A model generated the notes under the pieces. It was not told where the DNA came from. It saw only the letters and a list, made by a program, of their open reading frames with translations, and made no database searches. A DNA stretch of 64,000 nucleotides from Eledone cirrhosa. Its lineage: Eukaryota. Below are positions 12,101 through 23,919 of the stretch, piece after piece. The number at the start of each line of letters is the position of its first letter. The stretch's first letter is position 1. Made by a program: the position numbers and the translations under genes. The stretch is from NCBI GenBank assembly GCA_964016885.1, contig CAXHJY010000994.1, positions 1 through 64,000 on the forward strand, written 5' to 3'.

Positions 12101-14832
12101 TACCGACCTAACCGGTACCCTCACCAACGGTACCCTCACCAACGACGAACTCGAACTTCTGCGCCTCGGACCCAAGTTCATCATTACACAGCGTCTCGAT
12201 GATAGACTGAAACTCGACATCGAAACCAACTTCTGTCGGACAGCATATCAACTGAAATGGCTAACCGCCATCCAAAACAACACCGAGATCGATTACAACC
12301 CCACAACCCACCCCACACTCCCCACGTATCACCTCGACAACCCACTCCACCCCCACCCTCCAACCACGAACTTGACACTAAACTACTCAGGTTGAAACAT
12401 TCTATCTCTAACATCCTTTCCCAACACACACACACACACAATAAACGCAACCTCACCAATGCACAATTTAATACTCTCACCAACCTAAGATCCAGGAACC
12501 TTGTGTACCTTCCCTCTGACAAGGGGAAAGAATTCTGTGTCATCTCGAGAGAGACCTACAACAACTTAGCTCTCCAACATCTTAATGACCACAGCCTCTA
12601 CTCGAAAGTCACAGGGACCTCCTCAACTCTAATCGAGGAAGGCATTAACACCATATGGACTAACATCTGTGTCCAACGAAAACTGCCAAAGAAGGTAAAA
12701 AACAACATCATGACTCGAAACAGCAAACTACCCACCTTCTACCACCTGGTTAAAACACATAAACAAGGACCCGATTTGAAAATCAGGCCCATTGTCTCTA
12801 GCGTGGAGGGCCCACTCTACAAAATATCGTGGCTGCTCTCCACACTACTGAAACCCATTCTACACACACTACCAACCCACGTCTGCAGCTCAAAGGAGGT
12901 CTTGGAGCGACTACACCATCTGGCGCCCAACACCAGAAAGGACAACGGTTATGCCTTCAGTCTTGATGTGGTCGCCCTTTATACCTCCGTACCAGCATCC
13001 CCAGCTGTCGACCTGTTGACCGAACGAGTCCGAGCATCTAACTTACACTGCTTCGGACTCACACACACGGACATCCACCAACTCCTCTCCTTCGTTGTGG
13101 ATAATGCACTCTTCAATTTCCTCGGCCACACGTACAAACAAATCTCTGGGCTACCTATGGGCTCTAGTCTGTCCGGCATACTTGCGATCTCGTACATGGA
13201 CCACCTGGAACGCAAGGCACTCAATACCTTCCAACCCAACGCCGTCGCCTTCTACTCCAGATACGTTGATGACATCCTGATACTTACTTCTTCCCGTGAG
13301 ATGGCGAATGAAATTCACCAAATCTTCAACGATACTGACCATCACGTCGATTTCACCATCGAACACCCAGGAGAAGACGGGTCACTCGCTCTCCTCGACT
13401 TCCGTATCAACATCTCGGAAGAAGGAGACATAAACACCACCTTCTACCGCAAAGCAGCGTGCAAGGACTTATTTGTGCATTACAACTCAGCCCTCCCCAA
13501 CAACGCTAAGAGAGGCTATGTCCTAAATGAACTGACACGGATCACTAACAGATGCAGCGACCCGATGGGTGGTCTCACCCATACCACGCAATTCCGTAAT
13601 CTACTCAGATCTAATGGTTATCCCAAGCGACTGATTAACGGAATTAGAGACCCCAGACCCAATAGACAGACACCCACTAGAAACTTAAATAAAAGCAGGT
13701 GCTTCTTTAAAATCCCCCACCTGAGTGAATATACCACGAACGCCATCCGCAGGGCCATACGGACGGAGGGACTTGACATACATTTGGCCCACACAGGACC
13801 TTCGCTGCGAAGATGCCTCTCCAACAAACCCGACGAGTCAGATGGGACGTGTTCCCTCAGTAACTGCCCGATACGGGGGGCAGATTGCCTACGCACCTAT
13901 GTCGTATATAAGATTCAATGCGATAAATGTAACAAGTTTTACATAGGTAGCACCATCCGACCCCTACATGTTCGTATCAAGGAACATATCAACACCAACG
14001 CATCTTCCTTCCGTAAACACATCCTTAAATGCGGAAACCCACAGGGTAGACCCTTGGTCACAGTCCTAGCGACTGAACGCAGCATCGGATCCTTAAGGAT
14101 AAAGGAAGCACTTGTTATTAAGAACCTCAGACCCCCACTTAACAACCGGGCTGAGAGAAATGAGCTGACATGGCTAACTTAACCATAGTGACCATTCACA
14201 GCATACGGCCTGCTATCTTCACACACACGCACGTATATGCATACCCATACGCATACACACACACATCTATATTTATACACGCACACATGTTTTTACAACC
14301 TACCACCTTTCACACCCTTTGATTTCCAGCTTCTACAGCCCACTATCTTTCACACACACACGCACTCACACATATACACACACAGTTACACACACAGTTA
14401 CACACACATATATATTTACACACACATATTTTACGGCTTTCACACGCTAGCGCACCCTCTTGATTTAACCCATTTGGTCAGTAGCTTTTGCCACAGCCTA
14501 TCACGCGCACGCGCATTCTTCCCCCTCGTTTAAATTTTAAATAATTTTCTCCCCATAACGGCATTCCTGTCTTAACGACATCACAACTTTCTCCGCTTGG
14601 CCTGTTCCCCCCCTCTGGAACTTTCCCCCGTTGTTGGGATTAAATCTCCACTACGGTAACCCTTCTACCTTTGTTTTGTTTTCATCTTTGTCTCTCTCAA
14701 TTTTCACTTTCACCTGTTTCTCCTATCTATCATTCACCTCCTACCTCGAGATTTCCCTCTGCATTGTTGTGGCTTTCTTAACTACGTATTTTACACATTT
14801 CACAATGCTTCAAGCAAACTTTAACACCCTCT

Positions 14833-14833
<1 letters not shown>
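12101..14833 (+). mobile_element. Penelope-like retroelement, 5'-truncated, possibly Naiad clade
   Basis: RT + GIY-YIG ORF, ~650-nt 3' UTR ending at (TA)n, inverted partial copy upstream. Clade is suggested only by the PSDKGxEF motif and the Cys-rich linker. Confidence 0.93.
12257..14182 (+). CDS. PLE reverse transcriptase with C-terminal GIY-YIG endonuclease (true N-terminus lies in another frame upstream)
   Basis: RT motifs SDKG, KTHK, IRPIVS, SLDVVALYTSV, YKQISGLPMGSSLS, RYVDD, FYRK. Linker CSLSNC..C. Endonuclease VVYKIQCDKCNKFYIGST...RIKEH...KEALVI...PPLN. Confidence 0.93.
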   Translation: MANRHPKQHRDRLQPHNPPHTPHVSPRQPTPPPPSNHELDTKLLRLKHSISNILSQHTHTHNKRNLTNAQFNTLTNLRSRNLVYLPSDKGKEFCVISRETYNNLALQHLNDHSLYSKVTGTSSTLIEEGINTIWTNICVQRKLPKKVKNNIMTRNSKLPTFYHLVKTHKQGPDLKIRPIVSSVEGPLYKISWLLSTLLKPILHTLPTHVCSSKEVLERLHHLAPNTRKDNGYAFSLDVVALYTSVPASPAVDLLTERVRASNLHCFGLTHTDIHQLLSFVVDNALFNFLGHTYKQISGLPMGSSLSGILAISYMDHLERKALNTFQPNAVAFYSRYVDDILILTSSREMANEIHQIFNDTDHHVDFTIEHPGEDGSLALLDFRINISEEGDINTTFYRKAACKDLFVHYNSALPNNAKRGYVLNELTRITNRCSDPMGGLTHTTQFRNLLRSNGYPKRLINGIRDPRPNRQTPTRNLNKSRCFFKIPHLSEYTTNAIRRAIRTEGLDIHLAHTGPSLRRCLSNKPDESDGTCSLSNCPIRGADCLRTYVVYKIQCDKCNKFYIGSTIRPLHVRIKEHINTNASSFRKHILKCGNPQGRPLVTVLATERSIGSLRIKEALVIKNLRPPLNNRAERNELTWLT

Positions 14834-14864
<31 letters not shown>

Positions 14865-15002
14865 TATAATTTAAATATATATATATATATACATATAATT
14901 TAAATATATATATATATATATATACATATAATTTAAATATATATATATATACATATACATATAATTTAAATATATATATATATGCATTTAATTTATATAT
15001 AT

Positions 15003-16780
15003 TAGGGTGTTCCAGAATCCCACATCTTACACAAAAGTCTTTTTCTCTTAGCACCCTATGCATTTTCTCATGCCACTTTGTATATTATCAATTTATAATG
15101 TAATTTTGATTATTTCAGACTAATTTAAGCCTTGCTTAATAGTTGTAAATTGGTAGAATAATGGCGGAAACCAGTGGGCCTAGTTGTAGCTACTCGCTCC
15201 GATGTGATGATCGAGAAATATGGCTCCTGGGGCTATATGTTACATCCTTTTCACCAAACAAAATACCAACAAAGGGGGCTGTTCTAAGATATTTCTTCTA
15301 CCTGAAAGATGGTCCTATGAAACACGAAAAGCATGTGAGCTTCAATGGTGCTATTGCAAATAGGCTTGTGATGGAAGTAGTTAGTCAGTGGGAAAAAGCT
15401 GGTGTGGCTACTCAACCAAAAGACAAAGTGAAACTGAAAATTATGAACATGTACAGAAATTTACAAAAAAAGAAAGGTTCTAAGTCAAACAAAGAAAAGG
15501 AAGCACCATTTATTTCTGAATTGTAATACTGAAAAGAAAATTTTGAAAGGCCGTCTTCGTAATAATGAACAGAAAATGAAAGATGCTACAATTCTCGAAG
15601 CCCTGCGGTGTCAGAAAAAAATTATCTCTGGGTTCTGAAGACAAGGGTTATCAGAAAAAGGTATCTTTAAGTTTAAGCGTGATCAGGTTTCTGTGGCTCG
15701 TCGAGAGTAAGAGAACCATAGAAAGCGATTGCCAGGATCTGTAGGAGCACAACTTCCACGTAATGAACTGAGTGATTCAAGTTCAACCAATGATGAAACT
15801 GAAGATGAACAGGATCCTGAATTTCAGGCCTCAAACCCACCCAGAGACAGCTCAAAGTCAGACAAGAAACGAAAAATCCAGCTGGAACTCCCAAAGAATC
15901 CATTTCAAAGTCCAAAAATTTCTCTAACGGCTGATCCTTTAAACCTGAGACTGGGCCAGAGAACAGCATTTATGGCATCGATTATTTCTGAGGGTGGGAC
16001 TGACTTAGACAGATGTTGATCTTGCTTGGTGTCACCCCTCCTCATGGAATTCATTGGATGCTGCCTGGTGCACATCACAACGCTCGGTGGATGTCCACAA
16101 TCATCTATAGTGCAAAGATGTATGCATTTGGTGAGCGACTCAATTACGATCAAGCTAAAATGGAAAAGTTGTGGCGGATCTGTATGTTCAATGCTCTGTT
16201 CTACGTGCGATACAGGCTGACAGCAGTCAAGTGTGCTGATGCACCTTCAATTCTACGTGGAGTCGACACAGTACAGTAAGGTTGACAGAGATCTCTCGAA
16301 GGCAGCCACTACTGCTCTGAGCAGGCATCTTTGGTACCTGACGGAGGAAGCCATTCCGCTAGCGCTGTTTTCAAGTCGGGTCCAAGAGCTCGAGAAGAAA
16401 CAAATAGCCCAACGTCTTGTCAAACCGAAAACGTCTGGGCCTCTCGACCGTGGGGCTCCAGTATTTCCCGAGTTGAAGTCGTCCACGAAGCTGCCTCATC
16501 TATTTGGGAAGAAATCAAGACTTCTATTCGATCTCCTTGGTCTCGACGATACTTGGCTTGAGCTGTCACCTGCAACTTGGTCATCACAAGCGTCATATCA
16601 AAATGCCTGTGCTGCTGTTCACAATATCAAGGTAGTCAACGATCTGGCAGAGAGAGCAGTCAAGTTGAAAACTGATTTTGTTGCCATCACCAAAAATGAG
16701 GAGGAGAAGCAGTGTGTTCTTCAAATAGTCGAAGCTCATCGTCGCAAGGTCCCGGATTTCGAAAAAGAAACTCTGAAATT
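15003..16780 (+). mobile_element. Decayed hAT-superfamily (probably hATm-like) DNA transposon; frameshifted, internally deleted, right end replaced by a SINE
   Basis: Starts TAGGGTG. Fragmented ORFs 15161-15526, 15729-16019, 16013-16279 and 16233-16841 contain IPTKGAVL..F, WEKAG, PGAHHNARWM, RHLWYLTEE..PLALF and VVNDLAERAVKL. Confidence 0.7.
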
Positions 16781-17444
16781 ACCCCAGAGCATTACTGGTA
16801 CTTTATTTTATCGATCCTGTAAAGATGAAAGGCAAAGTTAACCTCGGCGGGATTTGAACTAAGAACGCAAAGGGCCATAACTTTATTTTAATAATACTAA
16901 TTGATATTAACATTACTAGTATTAAGATTATTATCATTACTATTATCATCATTAACATTATTTTTATTATTTTTTATTATTATTTCCATTATTGCCACAT
17001 TTTTATTAGTCTTCTGTATAAACCTTTCTCTCACCCAAGACACCCACACTGTACCGTCCTTATTGTCTTATTAATATAAGCCCTGTGTGGTTAATAAGGA
17101 AGCCAGTTAATAAAGTACCAGTAATGCATTGGAGTCGATGTAATCGACCTTACCCCCCTTTCAAATTGCTAGCCTTGGGCCTAAATCAGAAACTATTATT
17201 ATGAGTTCAAATGGATTGGCAGTATCGTTAGAAGGTCGGACGCCATGCTTTGCAGCATGGAGTTACGGTCCTTTACAGTCTGAGTTCAAATCCCGCCGAG
17301 GAAAACTTTGCCTTTCGCCCTCACGGGGTCGATAAAATAAAGTACCAGTAATATACTAAGATAATTGCTGGCCTTGTGCCAAAAGTAGAAACAATTATTA
17401 TGAGTTCAAATCCAGCCGAGGTTAACTTTGCCTTTCATCCTTAC

Positions 17445-17594
17445 TCAGACTCAGAAGCTCCCGCGTCTTGCGACGCATGAGGCAATCATAGTGTTCCACC
17501 GCGTTCGGTCAGCAGTCAGTTGCACATAGTCCCGCCATTGTCTGTTTGTCGCTCGCAGGTCCCTCTCAACTGTCTGGCGCCAGTTCGTTTTGGG
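17445..17594 (-). mobile_element. 5'-truncated RTE LINE inserted in a SINE with a 7-bp TSD
   Basis: Minus-strand translation PKTNWRQTVERDLRATNRQWRDYVQLTADRTRWNTMIASCVARRGSF*, tail (ctgagt)2, TSD tccttac at 17438-17444 and 17595-17601. Confidence 0.8.
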
Positions 17595-18189
17595 TCCTTA
17601 CAGGGTCCATAAAATGAAGTACCAGTCACGCACTGAGTCGATTTAATAGACTTTCCCCTCCCCAAAAATTGCTGGCTTTGTGCCTACATCAGAAACAATT
17701 ATTATGAGTTGAAATCCCGCCGAGGTTAACTTTGCCTTCCATCCTGACAGTGTCGATTAAATAAAATACCAGTAATGTACTGGGGTCGATATATTTGACA
17801 TTTCCCTCTTCCTCCGAAAAAATTGCTGGCCTTGTGCCTAAAGTGGAACCATAGCTGTATCGGTAGAGGGCCGAACGCCATGCTTTACAGCATAGAGTTA
17901 CGCCCCTTTGCAGTCTGAGTCCAAATCCCGCCGAGGTTAGCTATGTCTTTCATCCTTTCGGGGGGGGGGGGTCGATAAAATAAAGTACCAGTAATGCACT
18001 GAGGTCGATCTCATCATGCCCCCACGCCCACTCCACCCCTCCCCAAAATTGCTGACCTTGTGCCTAAATCAGAAACCATTATTATTATTATTATTCATCC
18101 TTACGGGATCGATAAAATAAAGTACCAGTAATACACTGGATATTTGCTGGCCTTGTGCCAAACTTAGAAACAATTATTATTATTATCAT

Positions 18190-18440
18190 TTGAAAAGGAA
18201 AATCAGGGTAGAGAGGGAAGTGCTCTCTTCCCAGCATTTTGTTGAAAGATGGGTGAGAGAAGCAAGTATGGCCCGAGTGAATGGGCCTACTCTGAGTATG
18301 TGTCTGTAAATTAAAGGTGGAAAACTGGGAGAGGGCACTTGCCCTGGTGGTCAGGGTCACTGTGGCTTTTTAATGTACCGTCATGTACTGTCCTTAATGT
18401 CTACTTTATGTAAATCCTTGTGGTTAATAAAGAAAGCATT
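18190..18440 (+). mobile_element. Probable L1/Tx1-type LINE 3' end
   Basis: LKRKIRVEREVLSSQHFVERWVREASMARVNGPTLSMCL*, then a UTR ending gtggttaataaagaaagc; a similar tail at ~17045-17103. Confidence 0.45.
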
Positions 18441-19799
18441 ATTATTATTATTATTATTACAAGGCGGTGGATTGGCAGTATTGGTAGAGAGTCAAACGCC
18501 ATGCTTTCCAGCATAGTTACGTCCCTTTACGGTCTACCAGTAATGTACTGGTGTTAATGCTGGCCTTGTGCCAAAAGTAGAAACAATTATTATCATTGGT
18601 GAATTGGCAGTATCGGTATAGGGTCGGACGCCATGCGTTGACGTATAGAGTTACGGCCCTTGCCATTCTGAGTTCAAATCCCGCTAAGGTTAACTTTGCC
18701 TTTCATCCTTACGAGGTCGATAAAATAAAGTACCAGTAATGCACTGGGTAATTGCTGGCCTTGTGCCTAACGTAGAAACAATTATTATTGGCCAATAGAT
18801 AAATAAATAATTGTTATTATTTATTTATCATTGTTGATGCTTTTTAATTATATATTTATCCTTTTTTTTGCTTCGGATGCAAGTTTTGCAGCAATTGTGC
18901 AGATGTTTGGTGCAGTTGCAGTGTTAAAAATATAACATCGTTATTACAATATTTTACATATTTCTTGGAAAACTATTTCAACATGGCGTCTTGTGTGTAC
19001 TCAGCATTATTTTAAAGACCAGGTGGATTGGGCTGTGGATTGGCAGTATCGGTAGAGGGTCGGACGCCATGCTTTCCAGCATAGTTACGTCCCTTTACGA
19101 TCTGAGTTCAAATCCCGCCGAGGTTGACTTTGCCTTTCATCCTTACGGTGTCATAAAGTACCAGTAATGCACTGGTTTATTGCTGGCCTTGTGCTTAAAG
19201 TAGAAACAATTATATTAATATAAGGTACACTATCTCCCTCACACACACACAAACACACTATCTCCCTCGCACAAACACACACACTCATACACATAAACAC
19301 TCGCACATACACACTTTCTCTATTTATCTATCTATCTATCTTACACAAGCACACACTCTCTCTCCCTCTCTCTCTTAAACATACTCTTTCTTTCTCACAG
19401 ATATTCTCATATACACACGCACCCTCTCACTCATATTCTCACACGCAGATGCTTTCTCTCTTTCTTACTCTTTCTCGGATGTCTCTCTCTCTCTCGCTCT
19501 CTCTCACACACACACTTCTCCTTAGATATGTCTCTCTATATATATCTATCTCTCATAGATCTCTCTCACAAACACACAAACACTCGCTCACGCACACACA
19601 CCTCTCTCTCACACACTCACATATACACTCTTTCTCTCTCTCTCTCAAACACTCACACACACAAACTCTCTCCACACACCATACATACACACACTCACAT
19701 ACTCTCTCTCACTCTCTCTCTCTCTCAAACACTCGCCCTATCAAAAAGATTTTCAAAGAATTCCGGTGGTTTACTTTTGGTGTAAGGAAAGCTTGAGAA

Positions 19800-20420
19800 G
19801 GTGGGATGTAGAGAGGAGTAGGCTGGAGTGTAGTGAGAGGGGGGGGGTAGAGAGATGGGAAATGGTAGGATGTAGAGAGAAAGAGGGAGGGGTGTATAGA
19901 TGGGGAGGGTGGGATATAGAGAGAGAGGGGGTGGGATGTAGAGAGGGGGTGGGTGTAGAGAGGGGGTGGGGTGTAGAGAGAAAGGGGGAAGGGGTTTATT
20001 GAAAGGGAAGGATGTAGAGAGAGAGAGAGGAGAGGGTATGATGTAGAGGGGGTGTAGAGAGGAGAAGGGGTGTAAAGAGAGAGAGAGGGGGGTGGAGGGG
20101 TGTAGAGAGAGGGGGAGGGATGTAGAGAGAAAGAGAGGAGAGGGTATGATGTAGAGGGGGTGTAGAGAGGAGAAGGGGTGTAAAGAGAGAGAGAGGGGGG
20201 CGGAGGGGTGTAGAGAGAGGGGGAGGGATGTAGAGAGAGGGGGAGGGATGTAGAGAGAGGGGGAGGGATGTAGAGAGAGGGGGAGGGATGTAGAGAGAGG
20301 GGAGGTGTGTAGAGAGAGGGGAGAGATGTAGAGAGAGGGGGACTGATGTAGAGAGAGGGGGCGGGAAGTAGTGAGAGGGGAGGGTGGCGATGTAGAGAGA
20401 GAGGGAGGCAGGGAGGAGGG
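19800..20420. repeat. Purine-rich ~20-bp minisatellite (gggagggatgtagagagagg)
   Basis: Direct reading. Confidence 0.9.
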
Positions 20421-20658
20421 TGGAATTGGTGGAATTCTGAGACTTTCTGTATTTCTTCGTATTCATTCTTTATTTTTTTTTGTATAATTTTCTTAAACAT
20501 TCTTTTCTTTTTTCCAATTTCTATCTGCAACTACAAATTAGGTGCACCTAGTTATTTCCCAATCTATCTATCCACTGCACCTAGTTAGCTACATATCTAT
20601 CTATGTCATACACACATATAGGCACACACATTACATATATATATATATATATATGTAC

Positions 20659-20864
20659 AGTATTTACGTATCGAGAAAGAGAAAAAAAGGGGAGGATAGG
20701 TGATACATATAGTTATTTGCCAAGTAGCGTATGTCAAAGGTGTTCGATACTAGTGCATTGATTATTTATGCCCTTGAGAAGCCCAACTGGGCGAAACGTA
20801 CGTAGGTGCTGTTTTAAATAAACATGTTTTAACGGTCTATTCTCCGATTTTTTACTTTCCCACG

Positions 20865-20865
<1 letters not shown>
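20659..20865. mobile_element. Head-to-head HHR element (family E): inverted long tail plus an HHR arm on +
   Basis: 20659-20755 is homologous to the reverse complement of 34698-34794; 20762-20865 to the reverse complement of 34466-34568; flanked by (TA)n. Confidence 0.8.
20770..20809 (+). ncRNA. Hammerhead ribozyme motif with a U3-A8 core variant
   Basis: gccc-TTGAGAA-gccc aact gggc-GAAA-cgtacg-TA-gg(t)gc; palindromic stem III ACGTACGT. Confidence 0.65.
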
Positions 20866-20918
<53 letters not shown>

Positions 20919-21037
20919 TCCTGGGTTCAATCGGAGGTAACCACAGTCAGTAAGGTACACAATACATTAGTAGAATCTAAATAGGGGGCTTTCCAGATTT
21001 ATTTTGAATGAAACAGTTCTACTCCTCCTGATGAAGC

Positions 21038-21250
21038 GTGGCTGAGTGGTTAGATAACTGGATTCACAATCGTGAGGTTGTGAGTTCGATTCCCCAACCA
21101 GGCGATGCGTTATGTCCTTGGGCAAGACACTTTATTTCACGTTGTTCCTTCTACCTGCAGTTGCGACTGGTAGATAGTATTAGCAATTGGAAAGAACAAC
21201 GGAAACATTGTTTCCTCGGTCCGATTTAACGAAAGTCGATCGACTGTCGA
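21038..21250 (+). mobile_element. SINE family 2 (tRNA-derived head, gtccttgggcaagacactt core)
   Basis: A-box gtggctgagtggt, B-box gagttcgattcc. Other copies at ~32798-33050 (+), ~40420-40632 (-) and ~42116-42435 (+). Confidence 0.85.
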
Positions 21251-21394
21251 TATATATATATATATATAAAATACATATAGTTGGCACCCCAGACACTAAA
21301 TTGGGTTTATACTAACGTATAACCTAATGTTTGTTGAGTGAGATGGTTACCAGTCGGAGTTTAGCGTAAAGCTTTCTCTGTTATTGTATTAATT

Positions 21395-21465
<71 letters not shown>

Positions 21466-21544
21466 GGTAAACAGAAATAGCAACAGAGTCGGTACAGTTT
21501 ATGGAAGGAATATATCAAGTTTACGCTTGAAATAGCAGGAAGAG

Positions 21545-21633
<89 letters not shown>

Positions 21634-21734
21634 GTTTACATATACATAAAGTTATAGATATATATGCTGCAACCGGTCACTTTTAGGTTGGAAATGGTAT
21701 ATATTGTATCTAATAATTCTAAGGACATGATTTA

Positions 21735-21776
<42 letters not shown>

Positions 21777-21819
21777 GAAAGGTATAGAAATTGTTGTAGC
21801 GAGAAGCTAACAGTATTCC

Positions 21820-21882
<63 letters not shown>

Positions 21883-22272
21883 TTGCGTGTCTAAGGCGAA
21901 TTCGCAGAGTTGTTAGAACGTTGGATAGAATGTTTTATGGAGTTCGTTCCAGCTGTCTGCTCTCTCAGTTCAAATCCCACCGAGGTCAACTTTGCCCTTG
22001 ATTCTATCGAGGTCGATAAAAAAGTACCAGACTAGTACTGGGGTCGTTTCTTCCTCTATAGCTCTCTCACACTTCCCCTCTCTCACCTTTACATTGCATC
22101 TGTCTCTCTGGAAGAAATCTACTGTACTCAGACCTGGAGAGCGATGGGCTCTGCCAGGCTTAACATTTCCAAGAAACGCTGTATGTCAATACGGCGTCCC
22201 TACGACTCTTTCAGGAATTACCTGACCATACCATACAATATATATAGGTAAAGTCAAAGTATACAATCAAAT

Positions 22273-23024
22273 CTCAAATGACACTCGAGACAGACATATA
22301 GGTGGTAATTTCTAGTCATAGACAGGGGAGAAAGCTGAAATGACACTCGAGACAGACATATAGGTGGTAATTTCTAGTCATAGAGAGGGGAGAAAGCTCA
22401 AATGACACTCGAGAAAGACATATAGGTGGTAATTTCTAGTCATAGACAGGGGAGAAAGCTCAAATGACACTCGAGACAGACATATAGGTGGTAATTTCTA
22501 GTCATAGAGAGGGGAGAAAGCTCAAATGACACTCGAGACAGACATATAGGTGGTAATTTCTAGTCATAGAGAGGGGAGAAAGCTCAAATGACACTCGAGA
22601 AAGACATATAGGTGGTAATTTCTAGTCATAGACAGGGGAGAAAGCTCAAATGACACTCGAGACAGACATATAGGTGGTAATTTCTAGTCATAGAGAGGGG
22701 AGAAAGCTCAAATGACACTCGAGAAAGACATATAGGTGGTAATTTCTAGTCATAGACAGGGGAGAAAGCTCAAATGACACTCGAGACAGACATATAGGTG
22801 GTAATTTCTAGTCATAGAGAGGGGAGAAAGCTCAAATGACACTCGAGAAAGACATATAGGTGGTAATTTCTAGTCATAGAGAGGGGAGAAAGCTCAAATG
22901 ACACTCGAGACAGACATATAGGTGGTAATTTCTAGTCATAGAGAGGGGAGAAAGCTCAAATGACACTCGAGAAAGACATATAGGTGGTAATTTCTAGTCA
23001 TAGACAGGGGAGAAAGCTCAAATG
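22273..23024. repeat. Tandem array, 12 full copies of a 62-bp unit plus 8 bp
   Basis: Unit ctcaaatgacactcgaga(c/a)agacatataggtggtaatttctagtcataga(c/g)aggggagaaag; no unique spacers. Confidence 0.97.
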
Positions 23025-23246
23025 TTTATCTCATGCAAAACAAGTGTTAAGAGAAGAGTTTGGTTAGAGCTTGAAAAACATTAGTGATGCATTTAGGAAA
23101 TAAACAGAACAGTACATTAAAAAGTATTTGAAGAAAATTAACCAACTTTCATTCAATAAATTTATTTCAAAATACATTAGAAACAATTGTAAGTTATTAA
23201 ACAGATTTTAATGAGAGTTGGATAATTCACTTCAAATAATTTTGTC

Positions 23247-23290
<44 letters not shown>

Positions 23291-23717
23291 AATATAAATT
23301 AGCGAGAATCGTATTTCGGCTTAGGAATTAGCGAAAAACAACTTCCGAGATGTGTGGCAAGTGCTCAATAATTCTGACGAACCAGAGCAACAACATACGT
23401 TAAAAGCCAAACACACTGAGACGATGGTTAAACCGTCATCCGCACAACCATAGAAACGACCAAGTAATTCGGGTCAAACAAATAAAAAAATATGTGATAG
23501 GAAAAATTTGTGATTGAAATATATATATATATATATATATATAAACAATGAGTTATTTGTTTTGTTGATTATTCAACAAAGCTAATTTATAACATATTAG
23601 AAGCACTCAACAGTTTTCTTCTGCAGTATATCAATACTATTAATAAATGGAAAATATCTTTATATCTTTAAATAAATATGGTTTTATAAATATATTTTCC
23701 ATTTATTAATATCACTG

Positions 23718-23765
<48 letters not shown>

Positions 23766-23919
23766 GGCTCTGTACAATACATATAACACTCTTTTTTTCT
23801 TTACTTTTTCTACGGAAGTACTTAACACACACATATACATAGGCATGCGCTAGGTTATGTCTACAACTGGATAGATAGATGCATAGATAGATAGATGGAT
23901 AGATAGATAGATGGATAGA

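Larger units (their letters stand above)
16778..19212. mobile_element. Cluster of about 10 SINE family 1 copies (first on -, rest on +)
   Basis: Repeated taaagtaccagtaatgcactgg...ttgctggccttgtgcc.aaa.tagaaac body and B-box, mostly head-to-tail via (ATT)n tails. Confidence 0.9.

Noticed and set aside
12257-14833. Selenoprotein-type Naiad (in-frame UGA plus SECIS)
   Set aside because: No in-frame UGA in the RT/EN ORF and no SECIS that I could identify in the 3' UTR.
22273-23024. CRISPR-like regular array
   Set aside because: No unique spacers, no cas genes, eukaryotic context.
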